Shown: positions 30,763 through 36,657 of the stretch, piece after piece
Layout: each line of letters begins with the position of its first letter
How positions within the stretch are numbered: the first letter of the stretch is position 1
Assembly: GCA_001785575.1 (NCBI GenBank)
Contig: MFUC01000009.1
Coordinates: 1 to 36,657 of the forward strand
Source: Candidatus Nomurabacteria bacterium RIFCSPHIGHO2_02_FULL_38_15
GTDB taxonomy: Bacteria > Patescibacteriota > Minisyncoccia > Phycocordibacterales > UBA9973
Length of the DNA: 36,657 bases
Direction of reading: 5' to 3'
The notes under the pieces: generated by a model
What the model was told of the DNA's origin: nothing
The model's database searches: none
What the model saw: only the letters and a program-made list of their open reading frames with translations
Program-made: the position numbers and the translations under genes

Positions 30763-32001
30763 ATGAAAAATACATTATTTAAAACAACTTTATACTCTTT
30801 ATGCGCCCTAATAGCCGTTGTGGCTTTGGGCTTTTCAGCCAAAGCTTTTGCTTCTGAAATGGTGATTTTGTCAGTTTCAAACCCAACATCTACAACCGTA
30901 ACTGTTTCAGCCAAGGCTGTTAATATTGGTAACGACACAAATATTCGAGCTAGTTTCGAATATGCGACAAATCCAAGCTTTGTAAGTTCAAGTTATACCA
31001 ATGAAATTTCGCAAAGTACAGCTTCAACTAACTTTAGTCAAACTATTACCGGCCTAACACCAAGTACAACATATTATGTACGTGCCCTGGGTATCGGTAA
31101 TGTTGACGGTGTAGCCAAGCCAAGCTCAACTTTAGTTTTTAAAACTGACCCGGCCGTTGTTACATCTGGTCCAACAGCTAATATAACTTCAGCCAAGTCA
31201 GCTGGAACTACGACTATAAACGTTACAATGCATTACAACTTGGGCTCTGCTGCAGTTGGTAGTGTTTGGTTTGAATATGGCACAAATAGTGGTTCATATC
31301 CAAATAAAACTAATGCAGTTAGTGTAACTAATTATGCGGGTACCAATACTGAAACTATTTCAGGCTTAAACATTAACACTACATACTATGTACGTGCGGT
31401 TGTGCAAACTTCAGTTGCAACTGATTATTCAAGCACCGCGTTGATGGTTAAAACTGATAATACAGTTAATCCAAATCCAAATCCAAATCCGAACCCCAAC
31501 CCTAATCCGAACCCAAACCCTATTATTTATGTGTATGGTTGTATGATCAAGGGTGATCAAAACTACAACCCACAAGCTAACTTTCATGTAGCAACTGCGT
31601 GTCTTGGTAGTTATGACAACAATAATGACAATAATTGGTACGACAATTGGTTTAAGTGGGGTAATACTAAACCCTATGAAGTAGTTTACAAACCTATTGA
31701 TAATGTTTATGACTTTACTGACCCGAAGGATGCTGATAATAGCAAGAAAGATTCAGCTTCTACTAAAGTTGGTACAGCTGTTAAAAATACAAGTGACAAG
31801 GTAAATGGTAAAATTGCCGAGAAAGACTATGATGCTAACCAATATCTAGCCAGCGCCTTTTGGGGTGTAGGTAACGGATTCTTCCCGACAACACTTGTTG
31901 GTTGGTTACTGCTAATCTTCCTTATACTTATGCTAATTGTTTTGACTCGTCATTACTTTCATAAGAAAGAACTGATTAAAACCGAAGTCAAAAAGGCTTA
32001 A
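30763..32001 (+). CDS. Surface protein with two fibronectin type III-like domains, an (NP)9 linker and a C-terminal TM helix
   Basis: ITGLTPSTTYYVRA and ISGLNINTTYYVRA; promoter TTGACA-N16-TATAAT at 30705-30732. Confidence 0.85.
   Translation: MKNTLFKTTLYSLCALIAVVALGFSAKAFASEMVILSVSNPTSTTVTVSAKAVNIGNDTNIRASFEYATNPSFVSSSYTNEISQSTASTNFSQTITGLTPSTTYYVRALGIGNVDGVAKPSSTLVFKTDPAVVTSGPTANITSAKSAGTTTINVTMHYNLGSAAVGSVWFEYGTNSGSYPNKTNAVSVTNYAGTNTETISGLNINTTYYVRAVVQTSVATDYSSTALMVKTDNTVNPNPNPNPNPNPNPNPNPIIYVYGCMIKGDQNYNPQANFHVATACLGSYDNNNDNNWYDNWFKWGNTKPYEVVYKPIDNVYDFTDPKDADNSKKDSASTKVGTAVKNTSDKVNGKIAEKDYDANQYLASAFWGVGNGFFPTTLVGWLLLIFLILMLIVLTRHYFHKKELIKTEVKKA
31468..31521 (+). repeat. Coding hexamer repeat, (Asn-Pro)x9
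   Basis: aay-ccn repeated nine times with synonymous variation. Confidence 0.9.
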
Positions 32002-32009
32002 AAACCTAA

Positions 32010-32042
32010 ATAAAACCCCCTTTAAATTAAGGGGGGTTTTAT
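32010..32042. terminator. Bidirectional terminator
   Basis: ataaaacccccttt/taaggggggttttat between convergent genes. Confidence 0.75.
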
Positions 32043-32065
32043 AGTTTGGTGATAAGAATTCCTTA

Positions 32066-32320
32066 TTATGGAAGTATCTCACCTATTTGTAAGAAATTTT
32101 TGTTTGTGCTGGCAGGGAAGGCTCTTACCTTACAACCTTGTGATATTTTTAAATTACCACTATTAAAGTCCTCCTCAACATTATTTGTTGTTGGAAATTC
32201 TCTTCCTGTTTCATCAACAAAAGATACATTAGTCCATTTGGTGCCGTTCTCCAGGGTTTTTTCTTCAAGTTTTACTGTATATTCTTTATCGTAAGCCTCA
32301 TTACTTTTTATTTCTTCCAT
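32066..32320 (-). CDS. Small acidic hypothetical protein
   Basis: 84-aa ATG ORF with an upstream TTGACA-N16-TATACA, converging on a terminator. Confidence 0.65.
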   Translation of the reverse strand: MEEIKSNEAYDKEYTVKLEEKTLENGTKWTNVSFVDETGREFPTTNNVEEDFNSGNLKISQGCKVRAFPASTNKNFLQIGEILP

Positions 32321-32403
32321 GGTTTATTTATTAAATTAATTACAATGTTTATAATACTATAAGTGTATACTAATTTGCGTTGACATGTCAATATTTTAGC
32401 GTT

Positions 32404-32513
32404 ACCTCACCCCCTAGCCCCTCTCCTGGCAAGGAGAGGGGGAATCGCGAAAGTAAGCGTCTGTAGCTTAAAGCCCCTCTGCCAGCTCTGCTGGAGAGGG
32501 GTAGGGGTGAGGT
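32404..32513. repeat. Full copy of palindromic repeat family A
   Basis: Outer acctcacccc/ggggtgaggt enclosing two ccctct/agaggg hairpins; the first ~50 nt closely match 7867-7917. Confidence 0.8.
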
Positions 32514-32536
32514 GGACTAATGCTATACTATACTCA

Positions 32537-32986
32537 ATGAAAAAAAGTGTTGCTATAGTCATAATTTTTTTGAGTATTGCTAGCTATTTAGCTTTTATAA
32601 ATATTCAAAAAAATGCTTGTTTTATAACTTTAGCTGGTCAGCGTTTTAATTTAGACTTGGCCCAAACTGATGCCAAGCGGGTGCAGGGACTTTCTGGCAC
32701 AAGTTTTTTACCCGCCAATACTGGCATGCTTTTTGTGTTTGACCAGCCTGATACGTACGGTTTTTGGATGAAGGATATGAACTATGCTTTAGATATAATT
32801 TGGCTAAATAATGATTTAAAAATCGTTGACTTAGAGATGGGTGTGACACCCGAAACTTACCCAAAAGTTTTTTATCCAAACGCTTTAGCTAGCTATGTGC
32901 TTGAAATTAATGCTGGTAATGCTCAAAAGCTTGATTTGGATTTTGATGACCAGGCGCAACTGATGTGTGGGAGTGTTTTAAAATAA
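32537..32986 (+). CDS. DUF192-family protein
   Basis: GLSG…GMLFVF…FWMKDM…LDIIW…YVLEINAG; ATG 32537 chosen because the GTG at 32507 lies inside a repeat. Confidence 0.9.
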   Translation: MKKSVAIVIIFLSIASYLAFINIQKNACFITLAGQRFNLDLAQTDAKRVQGLSGTSFLPANTGMLFVFDQPDTYGFWMKDMNYALDIIWLNNDLKIVDLEMGVTPETYPKVFYPNALASYVLEINAGNAQKLDLDFDDQAQLMCGSVLK

Positions 32987-33147
32987 GCCTGGATTTTTAA
33001 TTAGCTTTACATACTGAAACAAACAGTGACATTGTGGTTTTTTAGTAGCTAATCCACACCGGTTATTAATAAAAATTTAGTACAATTAACTATCTAAGAA
33101 CAAAATAATAAAATTAAAAAGGTTATCAGATAATTTAATAAAAGCGT

Positions 33148-35475
33148 ATGACAAAAAAGGTCGCTATCGGCAAACGTGAGCTATCAAAAATCCCCGAGAT
33201 AATGAATCGCCGGGGTGAAGTTATAGAGTTTGATATTCATCGCATTTCACATGCGGTGTATAAGGCATTTTTAGATACTAAAGAGGGCGGTGAGGACGAG
33301 GCCATCCAGGTTTCAGAGGCAGTTTTTAATGAGCTTTTAAAATTAAAAAATCTAGAGGACATTGCCGGTCAAAAGGGCACAAAATTTATACCGACTGTTG
33401 AAATGATCCAGGACACAGTTGAAAATGAGTTAATGAAACTGGACTTTTTAGAAACAGCCAAGGCTTATATTTTATATCGTCAGAAGCGCAATGAATTACG
33501 TGAAGATGGCGTGATTGTACCTGATGATTTGCGCAAGCTTGTAAATGATTCAAGTGAGTATTTTAGAAATCCTTTAGCTGAATTGGTTTACTATCGTTCG
33601 TATTCACGTTGGATAGAGGATGCTGGTCGGCGCGAAACTTGGATTGAAACCGTTGACCGCTATATGGATTTTATGCAAGAGAATTTGGGTAATAAGTTAA
33701 CTAAAAACGAATATACTGAAATTCGTGAAGCCATTTTAAAACAAGAGGCCATGCCCTCGATGCGGTTATTGCAATTTGCTGGTGGGCCGGCGCGCAAAAC
33801 TAATGTTTGTGCCTATAACTGTTCATTTGTTGCGCCTGAAAAATTTCAAGATTTTGGCGAAATAATTTATATTTCAATGTGTGGCACTGGGGTTGGCTTC
33901 TCAGCTGAAAGTCAAAACGTACAAAAATTACCGCAAATTAAAATGCAAACAAATAAAAAACTTACTAAGCACACAGTTGCTGATTCTAAAGAGGGCTGGG
34001 CTGATGCGTTTGTTTTGGGTATGAAAACCTGGTTTGATGGCAAGGACATTGAGTTTGATTTTAGCGAACTACGCCCTGCTGGTGCGCGCTTAAAAACTAT
34101 GGGTGGTAAATCATCAGGCCCGCAACCCTTGATTGGTTTATTGCAATTTGCCCGAGAACGAATTTTAAAAAAGCAGGGGCGTAGACTTAGTAATTTAGAC
34201 GTACACGATATTGTTTGTAAAATTGGTGAATGTGTTGTTTCAGGTGGAGTGCGTCGTAGTGCCTTGATTTCACTTTCTGATTTAGATGATGAGCAAATCA
34301 GGGATGCTAAAAATGGAGCCTTTTGGAACACTGACCCGCAACGGATGTTAGCAAATAATTCGGCCGTGTACAATACCAAACCAAGCGTTGAGGAATTTAT
34401 GGGCGAGTGGTTAGCCTTGATTAAAAGTGGTTCGGGTGAGCGGGGGATTTTTAACAAAGGTTGCCTGCCCAAGCAATTACCAAAACGCCGGGTCGATGTT
34501 TTAACCAAGGACAAATATATTGATGATTTGGGCCGAGTTGTGGGCTCAATAGGGGTAAACCCCTGTGGCGAGATAATCTTACGCTCAAAGCAATTCTGTA
34601 ACCTTTCAGAGGTTGTGGCGCGGGCCGAGGACACGGAAGCCAGCCTGATGAAAAAGGTCCGTATTGCTACAATTTTGGGTACGTATCAATCATCGCTAAC
34701 AAACTTTCAATACCTTTCAAAAGAGTGGAAGCAAAATTGCGAACGTGAGAGGTTATTGGGCGTTTCAATCACGGGTCAATGGGATTCGAAAGTTGCTCGG
34801 GCGCCAAAAATTTTGCAAAAGTTACGGGCCGAGACTATTCGCATTAACAAACTTTACGCTAAGCGTTTTAGTATTTCAGAGTCTACAGCAATTACATGTG
34901 TTAAACCATCAGGCAATTTGTCACAAACCGTTGATTCGGCCTCGGGTATGCATCCACGCCACAGCCAATACTATATTCGTCGAGTGCGTATTTCAGCCAA
35001 CGACTCACTCTTTAAAATGCTAAAAGATCAAGGCGTACCACATTACCCTGAAGTTGGCCAAAGTTATGACACGGCGCATACGTTTGTTTTAGAATTTCCA
35101 ATTGCCGCGCCCAAGGGGGCAATATTTAAAGACGATGTTTCGGCACTTGATCAGCTAGAGCATTGGAAAAATGTAAAGGTAAATTATACCGAGCATAATC
35201 CATCAGTGACTGTTTCAGTTGGTGATACCGAGTGGTTGGCAGTGGCAAGTTGGTTGTATCAAAATTGGGACATGATTGGGGGCTTGTCGTTTTTGCCACG
35301 TTCAGATCATGTCTACCAGCTGGCGCCGTACGAAACTATAGACGAGAAGAAGTATAAAGAACTAACTAAAACTGTAGCCAACATCGACTTTTCAAAACTA
35401 ATTACCTACGAACGCCATGACGAAACCGAAGTCCAAAAAGAGTTGGCATGCGTGGCAGGGAATTGTGAAGTATAA
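33148..35475 (+). CDS. nrdJ: Class II (adenosylcobalamin-dependent) ribonucleotide reductase with N-terminal ATP cone
   Basis: ATP cone (…VEMIQDTVE…AKAYILYR); YNC, GGVRRSA, NPCGE, CNLSE, TCVKPSG; C-terminal CxxxxC. Confidence 0.92.
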   Translation: MTKKVAIGKRELSKIPEIMNRRGEVIEFDIHRISHAVYKAFLDTKEGGEDEAIQVSEAVFNELLKLKNLEDIAGQKGTKFIPTVEMIQDTVENELMKLDFLETAKAYILYRQKRNELREDGVIVPDDLRKLVNDSSEYFRNPLAELVYYRSYSRWIEDAGRRETWIETVDRYMDFMQENLGNKLTKNEYTEIREAILKQEAMPSMRLLQFAGGPARKTNVCAYNCSFVAPEKFQDFGEIIYISMCGTGVGFSAESQNVQKLPQIKMQTNKKLTKHTVADSKEGWADAFVLGMKTWFDGKDIEFDFSELRPAGARLKTMGGKSSGPQPLIGLLQFARERILKKQGRRLSNLDVHDIVCKIGECVVSGGVRRSALISLSDLDDEQIRDAKNGAFWNTDPQRMLANNSAVYNTKPSVEEFMGEWLALIKSGSGERGIFNKGCLPKQLPKRRVDVLTKDKYIDDLGRVVGSIGVNPCGEIILRSKQFCNLSEVVARAEDTEASLMKKVRIATILGTYQSSLTNFQYLSKEWKQNCERERLLGVSITGQWDSKVARAPKILQKLRAETIRINKLYAKRFSISESTAITCVKPSGNLSQTVDSASGMHPRHSQYYIRRVRISANDSLFKMLKDQGVPHYPEVGQSYDTAHTFVLEFPIAAPKGAIFKDDVSALDQLEHWKNVKVNYTEHNPSVTVSVGDTEWLAVASWLYQNWDMIGGLSFLPRSDHVYQLAPYETIDEKKYKELTKTVANIDFSKLITYERHDETEVQKELACVAGNCEV

Positions 35476-35513
35476 AAATTTGCTAAATTAAAATTATCTG
35501 CTATAATACGAAA

Positions 35514-35858
35514 GGTTTTGTATCGAATGGTTACGCCCTGATATTTACGAAAGTAATTGATGGGTGAGGAAAGTCCGAACACACAGTTATTTAATTAGCA
35601 AAAGTAGCGGGTAACGCCCGTCGTCCGCAAGGGCAGAGGTGCGAGCAGAGACGCCTGAAGCGAAAGTAACAGGCACCCAAAAAGCAATTTTTGGGTGAGT
35701 CATTATGGTAACATAGTGGGTGAAACGGCTAAATCCTTACTCGTGTGCAAGATCGTATTCTTTGGCTTCGGTCAAAGTTTGAATCGCTACAGGTATATAG
35801 CAATATATATCGCAGATAAATACCATTAGAACAGAATTCGGCTTACGAATGCAAAACC
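35514..35858 (+). ncRNA. rnpB: RNase P RNA
   Basis: GAGGAAAGTCCGAAC…AGAACAGAATTCGGCTTA; P1 ggttttgtat/atgcaaaacc; promoter at 35480-35507 and terminator at 35866-35896. Confidence 0.95.
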
Positions 35859-35946
35859 AAAATACGAAAAATACTCCGTTAATCGGGGTATTTTTCTATT
35901 CAGAGGTCAAGGTGGCAAATTTATTCTAGTATGCTAAAATTAAAAT

Positions 35947-36183
35947 ATGAATATGTTTAAAAACTTTTTAATGAAAAAGATGCTTAAAAACCAGCTGAAA
36001 AAAGCTGGCCTACCTGAAGCTGAACAAGAACGCATTATTGCCATGGTACTAAAGAATCCCGACTTGTTTCAAAAAATTGGTAACGAAATCCAGGAAAAAA
36101 TCCGTGGTGGCATGAACCAACAAACCGCCACCATGCGCGTGATGGAAAAATACAAACCTGACCTCAAAGACATAATGGGGTAG
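35947..36183 (+). CDS. Small helical hypothetical protein
   Basis: 78-aa ORF with ATG 6 nt after a TG-n-TAAAAT box. Confidence 0.75.
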   Translation: MNMFKNFLMKKMLKNQLKKAGLPEAEQERIIAMVLKNPDLFQKIGNEIQEKIRGGMNQQTATMRVMEKYKPDLKDIMG

Positions 36184-36189
36184 ATAAAT

Positions 36190-36583
36190 TAAAAAGGCTA
36201 TCTGCTGATTCAGATAACCTCCTTGTCTATACCTCTTTAAGTACAAACCTAGTCCTTGTTTAGAATAAAGATTTCCTAAAGCTGACCCTGACCAGTCGTA
36301 AAATAACATCCCGTTGCTATAGTTTTCCAATACAGGTGTCACTAGAATTGAATGTCTGCCCCAAAGTGATTAAGTTTTTCACAAAAATGTAAGATTGTGT
36401 TACTCATTAAAGCCCCATATGTACTTTACAGACCTGAAATAAAAACATTCCACTCTGATTTCTCTAAACACAAGACATGCATTCTTAAAATGTGAATTCA
36501 GCACATTTAAAGAATCACCTGTATTTGCTTTGGGTGGGCTAGTTTAGGCAAATTCTTGCCCAAACTAGCCCACCCAATAATCC
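36190..36583 (-). ncRNA. Candidate structured non-coding RNA (~395 nt) of unknown family
   Basis: Minus-strand TTGCAA-N16-TACAAT promoter (36617-36590), minus-strand intrinsic terminator (36220-36191), many nested helices and no contained ORF longer than about 21 codons. Confidence 0.55.
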
Positions 36584-36657
36584 AGTAATATTGTAGTCTA
36601 TTTTTTAAATTTTGCAATATGTGCAGTTTTCTAGCGCCCAAGATACTTTAAAAAGGG

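Noticed and set aside
31468..31521. (NP)9 repeat as a phase-variation tract
   Set aside because: The unit is a multiple of three with synonymous variation, consistent with an ordinary linker.
33020..33040. Possible NrdR box upstream of nrdJ
   Set aside because: Only a partial match to the consensus and no clear tandem second box.
36049..36342. 97-aa minus-strand ORF with faint resemblance to GH31 glucosidase motifs (LWG…LVTPVLE…FYDW)
   Set aside because: It has a GTG start, runs through a terminator and overlaps the 35947 gene antisense; motif spacing does not fit. A structured RNA explains the region better, though a decayed gene is not fully excluded.

Overview
AT-rich bacterial window that looks like Patescibacteria/CPR (Parcubacteria-like); this is inferred from the divergent 16S signatures, unlinked rRNA genes and gene content. 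It carries housekeeping genes (rplJ-rplL, rodA, secD-secF, udg, rnr, rpsP-khpA-trmD, class II RNR, rnpB). A 23S-5S unit has two group I introns: L1923 with a LAGLIDADG endonuclease and an ORF-less one at L2593. A separate 16S gene about 14 kb downstream has two helix expansions and no anti-Shine-Dalgarno tail. Accessory content includes a REP-associated tyrosine transposase with several 21-bp palindrome families, a hicBA module bounded by duplicated sequences, and a Bacteroidota-like T9SS-tail protein. Most notable are (i) an ORF-free, heavily structured ~395-nt minus-strand unit with its own promoter and terminator near the right end (candidate new ncRNA), (ii) loss of the anti-SD together with many apparently leaderless genes, and (iii) one CTAG-heptamer hairpin element present in both the 16S rRNA and a 23S intron. 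All calls are by eye; no searches were run.
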